A stretch of 64,000 bases of DNA from Candidatus Saccharimonadia bacterium (GTDB lineage Bacteria > Patescibacteriota > Saccharimonadia > UBA4664). Both the position numbers and the translations under genes were made by a program. The stretch lies in NCBI GenBank assembly GCA_038244585.1, contig JBBRTI010000002.1:258-64257 (forward strand). Reading direction: 5' to 3'. This document shows, in pieces, positions 56,525-64,000 of the stretch; the stretch's first letter is position 1; each line of letters opens with the position of its first letter. A model generated the notes under the pieces. It saw only the letters and a list, made by a program, of their open reading frames with translations, had not been told where the DNA came from and did no database searches.

Positions 56525-58386
56525 TAGAGTTTGTAGACGTAAATCGAATTGCCAACCTTGGCAATAGGCTCCATGGCCCGCAGATTGGCATACCCCAGCG
56601 TCCCGGTAAGGCCGGAATAATAACGATCGTTCTGGAGGTAGGTTTCGGACACGGCGATGTACTGGCCGGTATAGGTTCCATAGGTCGAGTGCCACTCCTC
56701 ATAAACGCTCCGCGAGCAATCGTAGCCCGAGCCGTTGCGAATGAGTAGCCCTTTGGCATCATAGGTCCGGTCGCAGAAATAGTATTGAGGAATGGCACCT
56801 CCGAAGTAATCGACGGCGATGTGACGGATTTCCGGGTGCTCCTCGACGTAAGTTTTGAGACGGAGCAGATCCTGGCCCCAGTCCACGCTTGAGTCGCTGA
56901 AATAGCGTCCCGCACCACTGCCGCCACCAGCCAGTTCGTTGAAGTAGGACGTGAACGACGGGTACGCCAGGATCGTGCTTAAGCCGTACCACGGTAGCAG
57001 GAGGGCCAAGGCCACCGCCGTCGGAACCTGCCACCGTACGCGGCGTGATAGCCGTCTGGCAAGCTTCACCGTTCCTATGGCCACGAGGATGAAAAGCGGT
57101 ATGTAGATAGGCAGTATATGCCTTATTCCAAGATTGAGATTGCCGGCAATTGAAGCGGCGAAGTAGAAGATTGCAAAAGACCCGAGCGTCCATTCCATAC
57201 TATGGTGCCGCAGCGAGCTGGCCAGGGCTGCTACGAATGCTCGCGGTCGGGCCCGCTTGAGAGCCAGATATCCGCCCGCTAGGCTCAGGATTCCGAGTAT
57301 TAGGAAAGCGATCTGGGTTTTCATTACAAAGAGCTCAGGGAAGTAAAAGCGGTAGCTTTGGTTGCTTATTTGGCCATTGAAGTATGTGGTATTACCGCCA
57401 GCAACCCGCCCAAAGACCATGCGAATACCCAAAATGTACTGGACGAGCGGTTTGAAGGCAGGAATATCGTTTATGCTAGTCAGAGCATTAACTAGGCCTG
57501 TGTCGATCGGCTCCACCATAGTTCCGCGAATCAGGCGATCCTGCACCTGTTGGGGCATGCCGGCAGTTTGGGGTGTATAGGCCACCCAGACCATAGCGAC
57601 GCTTAGAAATGATGCCAGGATGAGACCGCCGGTCAAGACTTTGAGGCTGCTGGCATGTTCACGCTCCCGCCACCGTAGCGCCACCATACCCAAGCTAACG
57701 GCGCCCAAGAACGGGAATAACAGTACGGCCGAGAACTTAGCCAGCTGTGCTACGGCTAGTGCTAGTGCCAGAAGAAACAAATTGGAGCGGCCCGGGTGCT
57801 CGGCGTACCGGACATAGGCGACGAGAGCTAGGAAGATAAAGACGCTGGCACCCAGGTCGGTAGTCACATAATGGGAATGGGCAAGCAGGTTCGGCGACAA
57901 GGTGTAGAAAAACAGCGATAGCAGCGCCACTGCCCTGCCCCAGCGGCGATAACAGAAGCGGTACAGCACAATGCCAAAAGCGGTGGCCAATAGAAGGATG
58001 GGCAGCCGGGCCCAGAAGAGGACCTGATCGGCGTCGTTGCCCATGTGGTAGAGGAACGTCCAGCCGGTTTCCCACTGGCCGTTGACGTCGGTAGTCCAAG
58101 CGGCGTTCTCGATTGGGAATTTTAGATCCATGAACTGGAGTGGGAGTCCGGCCAGGTCCTTGATCAGGGGAGGGTGTTCCGGGTTCAGCCGGTAATCGCC
58201 GTAGTGCAGGTAGGAGTAGGCAGCCGCAACGTGAGGGACCTCGTCCACAATGGCCGAATCGCCGACCATGGCCCCTAAGCTCAAGCCGAACATCGCGGCC
58301 AGTAAGGCCCCGGCAAGCAGTATATGCCACTCTCTGGCAAAATCACGGGCGGGCATTATGATACGATGGTATAAAGACTTCGTCAT
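56521..58386 (-). CDS. GT39/PMT-like polytopic glycosyltransferase (second paralog)
   Basis: Loop 1 carries DEVPH plus a YSYLHYG-like motif. It has many TM helices and a C-terminal soluble domain. Confidence 0.65.
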   Translation of the reverse strand: MTKSLYHRIIMPARDFAREWHILLAGALLAAMFGLSLGAMVGDSAIVDEVPHVAAAYSYLHYGDYRLNPEHPPLIKDLAGLPLQFMDLKFPIENAAWTTDVNGQWETGWTFLYHMGNDADQVLFWARLPILLLATAFGIVLYRFCYRRWGRAVALLSLFFYTLSPNLLAHSHYVTTDLGASVFIFLALVAYVRYAEHPGRSNLFLLALALAVAQLAKFSAVLLFPFLGAVSLGMVALRWREREHASSLKVLTGGLILASFLSVAMVWVAYTPQTAGMPQQVQDRLIRGTMVEPIDTGLVNALTSINDIPAFKPLVQYILGIRMVFGRVAGGNTTYFNGQISNQSYRFYFPELFVMKTQIAFLILGILSLAGGYLALKRARPRAFVAALASSLRHHSMEWTLGSFAIFYFAASIAGNLNLGIRHILPIYIPLFILVAIGTVKLARRLSRRVRWQVPTAVALALLLPWYGLSTILAYPSFTSYFNELAGGGSGAGRYFSDSSVDWGQDLLRLKTYVEEHPEIRHIAVDYFGGAIPQYYFCDRTYDAKGLLIRNGSGYDCSRSVYEEWHSTYGTYTGQYIAVSETYLQNDRYYSGLTGTLGYANLRAMEPIAKVGNSIYVYKLY

Positions 58387-58472
58387 GAGGCTCCTTAGGC
58401 TTACCTATTATACTAGCATAAGCGTTATTTTGTGCCTGGCCGGAGTTTTAGACTTTAATAAGGAGATTTAAT

Positions 58473-58766
58473 ATGAGTATGCTTGATAAAGGTAAAGCTC
58501 TGCTAGAGCTTAAGAAGATCCAGTCGGTCCTAGCCAAGGAAATCATCGAAGTCGAGGCTGGCAACGGCGCAGTCAAGGTCAAGATCAACGGCGAGCAGAA
58601 GATTCAGAAAATAACCTTGGACCCCGAGCTGACCGAGGAGGTCGAGCTGGCCAAACTCGAAAAGTGGATCGAAAGCGCCGTAACCCAGGCCATCACCCGC
58701 AGCCAGCAGCTGGCAGCCGAGAAGATGCGCAGCATGGCGGGCGGCCTTGGCATCCCCGGCCTATAA
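58473..58766 (+). CDS. ybaB: nucleoid-associated protein YbaB/EbfC
   Basis: 97 aa containing LLELKKIQ...VKVKINGEQKIQKITLDPEL. It sits upstream of recR. Confidence 0.85.
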   Translation: MSMLDKGKALLELKKIQSVLAKEIIEVEAGNGAVKVKINGEQKIQKITLDPELTEEVELAKLEKWIESAVTQAITRSQQLAAEKMRSMAGGLGIPGL

Positions 58767-58790
58767 TACTGTCATTAATCTGAGGCCGGA

Positions 58791-59390
58791 ATGAGAATCG
58801 TTCCCAAAGCAGTCGAAGATACCATTGATGCTCTGAGCAAGCTGCCTGGTGTCGGTCCGCGCACGGCGGAACGGTTGACCTTTCACCTGCTTAAATCCGA
58901 CCCGTCTAAGGCCGACGCCATCAGCTCGGCGCTGTCGGCGCTGCATGCCAACGTGCGCTCGTGCGTGCAGTGTTATAACTTTTCCGAGGGTGAGATGTGC
59001 GGCATTTGCCAATCAGGCGACCGCCAGTCGGGCATAATCGCCGTGGTCGAAGAGCCGTTTGATGTGGTGGCGGTTGAGAAAACAGGGCAGTACCAGGGGT
59101 TGTATCATGTACTCGGCGGCGTTATTTCGCCGATGGACGGCGTGGGTCCCGACAGCCTGCAGATAGCCAGCCTCCTGCGGCGAATAGAGGCCGGCGGCAT
59201 CGACGAAGTGATCCTGGCTACCAACCCGTCGCTGGAAGGCGAATCCACCGCCATGTACATCCGGCAGCGCCTGGCCTCGACCGGGGTCAACCTGACGCGT
59301 CTGGCCCGCGGCCTGCCGGTCGGCGGCGATCTTGAGTATGCCGACCAGGTCACGCTGGGCCGTGCCTTGCAAGGCCGACAGCCGTTTTAA
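58791..59390 (+). CDS. recR: recombination protein RecR
   Basis: HhH motif is LPGVGPRTAERL. C4 zinc finger is CVQCYNFSEGEMCGIC. A Toprim domain follows. Confidence 0.9.
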   Translation: MRIVPKAVEDTIDALSKLPGVGPRTAERLTFHLLKSDPSKADAISSALSALHANVRSCVQCYNFSEGEMCGICQSGDRQSGIIAVVEEPFDVVAVEKTGQYQGLYHVLGGVISPMDGVGPDSLQIASLLRRIEAGGIDEVILATNPSLEGESTAMYIRQRLASTGVNLTRLARGLPVGGDLEYADQVTLGRALQGRQPF

Positions 59391-59445
59391 GTCGTTTAGC
59401 TCCAAACCTACCAATAACTTGTGCCCACAGGTACAATAAGGCACA

Positions 59446-60462
59446 ATGACTACCAATTTATCAGATGTAACAATCCAGATAGACCGCCTGAAAGAGCTCG
59501 TTGACGGTAGCACTACTATTTTGGTGCTTCAGCCCGACAGCCCTGACGGCGACAGTATGTGGACCGCCCTAGGGCTGGAAGAGATTTTATCCGACCTGGG
59601 TAAGCAGGTGGTGATGTACAGCTACAAGGAAGCCGAGCCTTATTTGCGCGTCTACGAAGGCTGGGACCGGGTAGGCCAGGATTTCCCACGCGCCTTTGAT
59701 TTTACAATCCTGGTTGATACGGGCTCACCCTCGCTGATTAAATCGACGCTCGAGCACCACCAGGCCAAATTACTGACTAAGCCTGTTGTTATAATTGACC
59801 ATCATGCATCACGCCAGCCATTCGGCTTTGATACTATCGACATCGTCTTTGAAGCGGTTGCCACGGCAGAACAGGTGACAGCCATCGCTCTGGAGGCAGG
59901 CTGGGACATAAATGAGCCGGCCGCCTACAAATTGACGGCGGCCATCCTGAGTGACTCGCTTAACTTGACGACCAGCGGTACCACCTCGCAAACGGTGCAG
60001 ATGGTGGCCGAACTCACCAAACGCGGAGCCAATTTGGGCGAAATCAACCGTATCCGCCGCGAGTCCTCGGCGCTGACGTCGGAGCAGGTCCATCTCAAGG
60101 GGCAATTGCTGAGTTCCGTTGAATACCTTTGCAACGGCCGTCTGGCGGTTGCGCAGATTCCTCCACTTGTCGTCGCCGGTAATACCGAGAAGTTCGAGCC
60201 GTACAATATGATCATCAGCGAGATGCAGTGGACCCAGGACGTGGAGCTGGTGGCCGTTTTCAAGGACTATGGTACCAAAATCAACGTGCCCATGCGCTCG
60301 GTCTACGGACTCGCCGGCCCGATGGCCGAAAAGATGGGCGGCGGCGGCCACCCGAACGCCGGTGCTTACCGCTGCGACACTGTCGACTACGAGGCCGAAA
60401 AGCTCAAGCTGGTCGAGGCCTTCCTGGCTTATAAACAAGAGACGACAAATGCGATTTCATAA
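59446..60462 (+). CDS. DHH/DHHA1 phosphoesterase (NrnA-like oligoribonuclease/pAp phosphatase)
   Basis: VIIDHHAS is the DHH motif. GGGGHPNAGA is the DHHA1 GGGH motif. Confidence 0.75.
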   Translation: MTTNLSDVTIQIDRLKELVDGSTTILVLQPDSPDGDSMWTALGLEEILSDLGKQVVMYSYKEAEPYLRVYEGWDRVGQDFPRAFDFTILVDTGSPSLIKSTLEHHQAKLLTKPVVIIDHHASRQPFGFDTIDIVFEAVATAEQVTAIALEAGWDINEPAAYKLTAAILSDSLNLTTSGTTSQTVQMVAELTKRGANLGEINRIRRESSALTSEQVHLKGQLLSSVEYLCNGRLAVAQIPPLVVAGNTEKFEPYNMIISEMQWTQDVELVAVFKDYGTKINVPMRSVYGLAGPMAEKMGGGGHPNAGAYRCDTVDYEAEKLKLVEAFLAYKQETTNAIS

Positions 60463-61891
60463 CACTCTGACTAGAACCACAACGGACTTCACTCCGCAAA
60501 CGCCCGGCAGTGTCAGCTTGTATACCTGCGGCCCGACGGTGTACGACTTCGCCCACATCGGCAACCTACGGGCATTCATCTTTGATGATATGCTGCGCCG
60601 AACGCTGGCGAGCGAATTCAAAGTCAAACACGTCATGAATATCACCGACGTTGGCCATCTGGTCGGTGACGATGACGATTCCGGCGAAGATAAGTTTGAA
60701 AAAGGCGCCGCTCGTGAGGGTTTGTCCGTCTGGGACGTCGCCGCTCGCTATACGGAAGCCTTCAAACGCGACGCCGCCTCGATGAATATCCTGCCGCCCA
60801 ACGGCTACCAGGATACTGAGGCCGGTGACACCTATGCCCGGGCGACCAAGTTTATTGACACCCAAATTGAGATAGTCCAGCTTTTACTCGATCGCGGCCA
60901 CGCCTACCGGACCGAGCAGGCCATATACTTCGATGTCACGAGCCTGCCGTCCTACGGCGAGCTAAGCGGCCAGAAACTGGCTGATAAGGCTGTAGCGGTT
61001 CGTACGGAGGTTATAACGGACCCTGACAAGCGTCATCCCTTCGATTTCTCCGTCTGGTTCTTTACGGTCGGCCATTACGCCGACCACACCATGCACTGGC
61101 CAAGCCCCTGGGGCGAGGGTTTTCCGGGCTGGCACCTAGAGTGCTCGGCCATCATCCACGCGACTCTCGGCGACCCGATCGACATTCACACCGGCGGCGT
61201 CGACCACATCGGCACCCACCACGCCAACGAAATGGCGCAGACGGAAGCCGCCTTTGGCCACGCTTTGTCGCAGCGTTGGATGCACAACGAGTTTATCCTG
61301 GTCGACGGCACCAAGATGAGCAAATCAAAAGGTAATTATTACACCCTGGCCGACCTGACCGCCAAAGGCTTCCACCCCTTAAGCTACCGCTTGTTGTGCC
61401 TGCAGGCCCACTACCGTTCCGAGCTTAACTTCACTCTGGAGTCGTTGGAGTCGGCGCAAAAGACGCTCATCAACCTCTACGGTTGGGCCGATCTGCGGCA
61501 TCAGACCAACCTGAGCGAGTTCCAATTGCAACCAGGTGACACCGAGGCCTTCCTTGGCCGGGTCAAAGCCGCTTTGGGCGACGATCTGGCGACGCCGGTT
61601 GCCTTGGCCGAGGTCTTCAAGCAGACCTTGGTGCTGACGCCCGGCATGCGCTACGACGACGAAGACGCCGAGCAGATTCTGACCGGCCTGGACGATCTGC
61701 TGGGCCTCCAGCTAAACGGCCGGCCCGACATCGATGAGGCCGCCAAGGCTATCATCGCCGAACGCCAAACGGCCCGGCAGGCCCGCGACTGGGCCCGCGC
61801 CGACGTGCTGCGCACCAAACTGCAGAAGCAGGGCCTGGACGTCGACGATACCCCCAACGGCCCCCGCTGGCGCCGCATTACTTTAATTTAG
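60449..61891 (+). CDS. cysS: cysteine--tRNA ligase
   Basis: CGPTVYDFAHIGN carries HIGH. KMSKSKGN carries KMSKS. Start taken at MRFHNT (60449), overlapping the upstream gene end. Confidence 0.88.
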   Translation: MRFHNTLTRTTTDFTPQTPGSVSLYTCGPTVYDFAHIGNLRAFIFDDMLRRTLASEFKVKHVMNITDVGHLVGDDDDSGEDKFEKGAAREGLSVWDVAARYTEAFKRDAASMNILPPNGYQDTEAGDTYARATKFIDTQIEIVQLLLDRGHAYRTEQAIYFDVTSLPSYGELSGQKLADKAVAVRTEVITDPDKRHPFDFSVWFFTVGHYADHTMHWPSPWGEGFPGWHLECSAIIHATLGDPIDIHTGGVDHIGTHHANEMAQTEAAFGHALSQRWMHNEFILVDGTKMSKSKGNYYTLADLTAKGFHPLSYRLLCLQAHYRSELNFTLESLESAQKTLINLYGWADLRHQTNLSEFQLQPGDTEAFLGRVKAALGDDLATPVALAEVFKQTLVLTPGMRYDDEDAEQILTGLDDLLGLQLNGRPDIDEAAKAIIAERQTARQARDWARADVLRTKLQKQGLDVDDTPNGPRWRRITLI

Positions 61892-61900
61892 GACTATTTT

Positions 61901-63679
61901 GTGAAAGATTTTACCAAAGTCATCAGTTATAGCTGGTCGCTCAAGCGTTATTACCTGAGTATCGCAGCTTTTGTTGTGGTCTTGTCGTTGTTGACGCAGG
62001 CAAATCCGTTTCTAATCAAGTTCATCGTCGATGGGTTGCAAAGAGTAAATACGCCCTCAGCACCAGGGACGGGCTATTTTGTCGGCCTGATTGCCGCCAT
62101 TTTGGTAATCGGACTTATAATGGCCGTGTTATCGAACATCCAAGGCTATATCGGGGACCGGCTGGGCGCCCGTCTTAGCACTTTCCTCTCGCAGCGATAT
62201 TACGACCATATTCTTTCGTTGCCGCTGGAATACTATGACAATGAAGTAGCCGGTCGCATAACTAGCCGGCTTGAGCGTAGTATTGTGACTGTCAGCCAGC
62301 TGATGAACAATTTCGCCAACAATTTTATCGGTATGATTTTGAGCGTGCTGATTTCACTGGCTATTATCGCGTATTACGCTTGGCCGGTGGCTCTGCTTAT
62401 TATCGTTCTGATTCCGCTATATCTGTGGCTGACGTCGTTATCCAGCAAACAGTGGCAGCAGCACCAGGATGTCATCAACAAGGATACCGACACGAACAAC
62501 GGCCGCTTCATTGAAGCCATCGGTCAGATCCGCGTCGTCAAAAGTTTCGTGCAGGAACTGGCTGAAAGTCGATTTTTTGCCGACAGGCGCCAGGCAATAG
62601 AACGTGAAACCCGTGTCCAGTCGTTCGGTTGGCACATTTACGATATCATCAGGCAGGCCAGCTTGGCGGTAATCATGATGGGTGTCTACGGCTACATCAC
62701 CTGGCAGGCTGCGATTGGTCGCCTGAGCATCGGCGAGTTCGTCTTACTACTTCAACTGATAGTGGCGGCGCAGTGGCCATTGTATAGCGCCTCGTTCGTT
62801 ATTGGGGCGCTCCAACGGGCTCAGGCCGGCTCCAAGGACTTCTTTGACGTTATGGAGACCAAGCCCAGTATCATCGACGTTCCGGAGGCCACCGATCTAA
62901 GGGTTACAGAAGGCCGCGTGAGCTTCGACGGCATCAAATTTAATTACACCGACGGCAACACGGTGATGGACGGGGTCAGCTTTGACATCGAACCCGGGAC
63001 CAAAGTCGCCCTAGTGGGTGAGAGCGGGGAAGGCAAAACCACCATAACCAACCTTTTGCTGCGGTTTTACGCTCTGTCTGGCGGCCGTATCGCCATTGAC
63101 GGTCAGGATATAGCCCACGTCACCCAAGCCTCGTTACGCCGCCAGATTGGTGTCGTCTTTCAAGAGCCGAACCTATTCTCGGGTACTATTCGCGACAACA
63201 TCGCCTACGGTACGGCAGAGGCCAGCGATGATGCGGTCCGCATCGCCGCCCGGGCAGCCAACGCGGACGGCTTTATAGTCAAACTTCCCAAAGGCTATGA
63301 CAGCGAAATAGGCGAGCGTGGAGTAAAGTTATCCGGCGGCCAGAAACAGCGTATCGCCATTGCCCGCGCCATTCTAAAAGACCCGCCCATATTGATCTTG
63401 GACGAGGCCACCAGTTCGCTCGATTCGCGCAGCGAACATGAAGTCCAGCTGGCTTTGGCGAGCCTGATGAAAGGCCGCACTACGCTCATTATTGCTCACC
63501 GCCTGTCGACCATCGCCTCGGTCGACAAGATCGTCGGTATCAGCGGGGGCAAAATCGCCGAAGAGGGCTCACCGCACGAGCTGGCTCTGGGTGAGGGCAT
63601 TTACGCCGAGCTTCTGGCTCTCCAGCAGCCCACGGCGGCCAACAAGGCTAAACTTAAACGCTACGAACTAGCTCGATAA
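61901..63679 (+). CDS. ABC transporter, fused permease/ATPase (exporter, MsbA-like)
   Basis: Six TM helices are followed by the Walker A GESGEGKTT and the signature LSGGQKQRIAIARA. Walker B is ILILDEATS. Confidence 0.85.
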   Translation: MKDFTKVISYSWSLKRYYLSIAAFVVVLSLLTQANPFLIKFIVDGLQRVNTPSAPGTGYFVGLIAAILVIGLIMAVLSNIQGYIGDRLGARLSTFLSQRYYDHILSLPLEYYDNEVAGRITSRLERSIVTVSQLMNNFANNFIGMILSVLISLAIIAYYAWPVALLIIVLIPLYLWLTSLSSKQWQQHQDVINKDTDTNNGRFIEAIGQIRVVKSFVQELAESRFFADRRQAIERETRVQSFGWHIYDIIRQASLAVIMMGVYGYITWQAAIGRLSIGEFVLLLQLIVAAQWPLYSASFVIGALQRAQAGSKDFFDVMETKPSIIDVPEATDLRVTEGRVSFDGIKFNYTDGNTVMDGVSFDIEPGTKVALVGESGEGKTTITNLLLRFYALSGGRIAIDGQDIAHVTQASLRRQIGVVFQEPNLFSGTIRDNIAYGTAEASDDAVRIAARAANADGFIVKLPKGYDSEIGERGVKLSGGQKQRIAIARAILKDPPILILDEATSSLDSRSEHEVQLALASLMKGRTTLIIAHRLSTIASVDKIVGISGGKIAEEGSPHELALGEGIYAELLALQQPTAANKAKLKRYELAR

Positions 63680-63706
63680 TAACGAAATTAGACTGTGTGG
63701 ACGGTC

Positions 63707-64000
63707 TTAGGCTTTATTGCTGATGGGGCTATGGGCGGGTAGCTTACCAATCCGGTGCAAATAGATATCCTTGACCAGAATTTGCAAACTGGCCGTAACT
63801 GGTATGGCAATAAGAGCGCCTAGGATACCCCCGATAGCCGTGCCAAGTAATACTGATATGAAGACGAGCAGTGGTGAGATGGAGACGGTCTTGTTAAAGA
63901 TAACCGGCTGGATGACATTGTTCTCAATCTGCTGATAGATAGTGAAGAAGACAGCCATGATAATGGCGTCGCTGACTGAGGTGAAGAGGGTCACAAGTAC
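63707..64000 (-). CDS. AI-2E (PerM) family transporter, C-terminal part only; the gene continues beyond the window
   Basis: Hydrophobic helices carrying YQQIENNVIQPVIF. The ORF is open to the window edge. Confidence 0.5.
   Translation of the reverse strand, partial: VLVTLFTSVSDAIIMAVFFTIYQQIENNVIQPVIFNKTVSISPLLVFISVLLGTAIGGILGALIAIPVTASLQILVKDIYLHRIGKLPAHSPISNKA

Noticed and set aside
60269-60448. Upstream extension of the cysS ORF (track start 60269)
   Set aside because: The extension is Arg/Pro-rich and overlaps the 3' end of the DHH phosphoesterase gene. Canonical CysRS begins near MRFHNT at 60449.
1-64000. Search for tRNA, rRNA, CRISPR repeats, IS elements, integrases and transposases
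   Set aside because: No cloverleaf-compatible sequence turned up in the intergenic gaps. There are no regularly spaced direct repeats, and no DDE or tyrosine-recombinase motif was noticed. By-eye sensitivity for tRNAs and ncRNAs is limited, so tRNAscan/Infernal should still be run.

Overview
The window is 64 kb of gene-dense bacterial chromosome at roughly 60% GC, with a few AT-rich islands; it looks like a small-genome bacterium with a Gram-positive-type (monoderm) cell envelope (weak taxonomic inference). No rRNA, tRNA, CRISPR array, transposase or integrase was recognisable by eye. From start to end the window contains:

- **RiPP-like locus (0.4-3.9 kb), my best guess for the undescribed system.** A lower-GC island holds a perfect sigma70 promoter, a 92-aa two-helix membrane protein and a radical SAM/SPASM maturase with an N-terminal leader-recognition (RRE-like) extension, apparently frameshifted. 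A tightly coupled 32-aa Cys-containing precursor-like small ORF follows, ending at a strong terminator. The next gene is a GNAT acetyltransferase, and a second Cys-rich 19-aa small ORF sits upstream.
- **Copper-homeostasis operon (6.3-10.3 kb, minus strand).** It has a CPC-type P1B ATPase without its usual metal-binding domain, a separate CopZ-like HMA protein and cupredoxin-like proteins.
- **Flavin/haem redox module (10.4-14.2 kb).** An FNR-like reductase, an ApbE flavin transferase and a ferric-reductase-like bis-haem membrane protein sit divergent from the copper operon.
- **Two paralogous RRM RNA-binding proteins (14.5-16.5 kb).**
- **Gram-positive-type T4SS-like cluster (16.7-31.6 kb, all plus strand).** It carries VirB3-like, VirB4 ATPase, VirB6-like and VirB8-like genes plus three peptidoglycan hydrolases (lytic transglycosylase, M15 peptidase, and a fused LT+M15). 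It also encodes a degenerate ParA-like/LysM protein.
- **Housekeeping genes.** trxB, a short aspS, typA, secE-nusG-rplK-rplA, rplJ-rplL, dnaX, dnaB, ybaB-recR, nrnA-like, cysS and an ABC exporter.
- **Nucleotide cassette inserted in the ribosomal operon.** A 3.7-kb block (RfaE-II-like nucleotidyltransferase, dCMP-deaminase-like, HIT, ThyA-family enzyme), preceded by about 500 bp of unexplained non-coding sequence, splits rplKA from rplJL.
- **Duplicated structured leader.** About 55 nt, including the first codons, is repeated upstream of both rplK and rplA.
- **Gtr-like glycosylation cluster.** GtrA, GT2 and two GT39 genes sit between dnaB and ybaB.

All calls come from reading motifs by eye; nothing was searched against a database.
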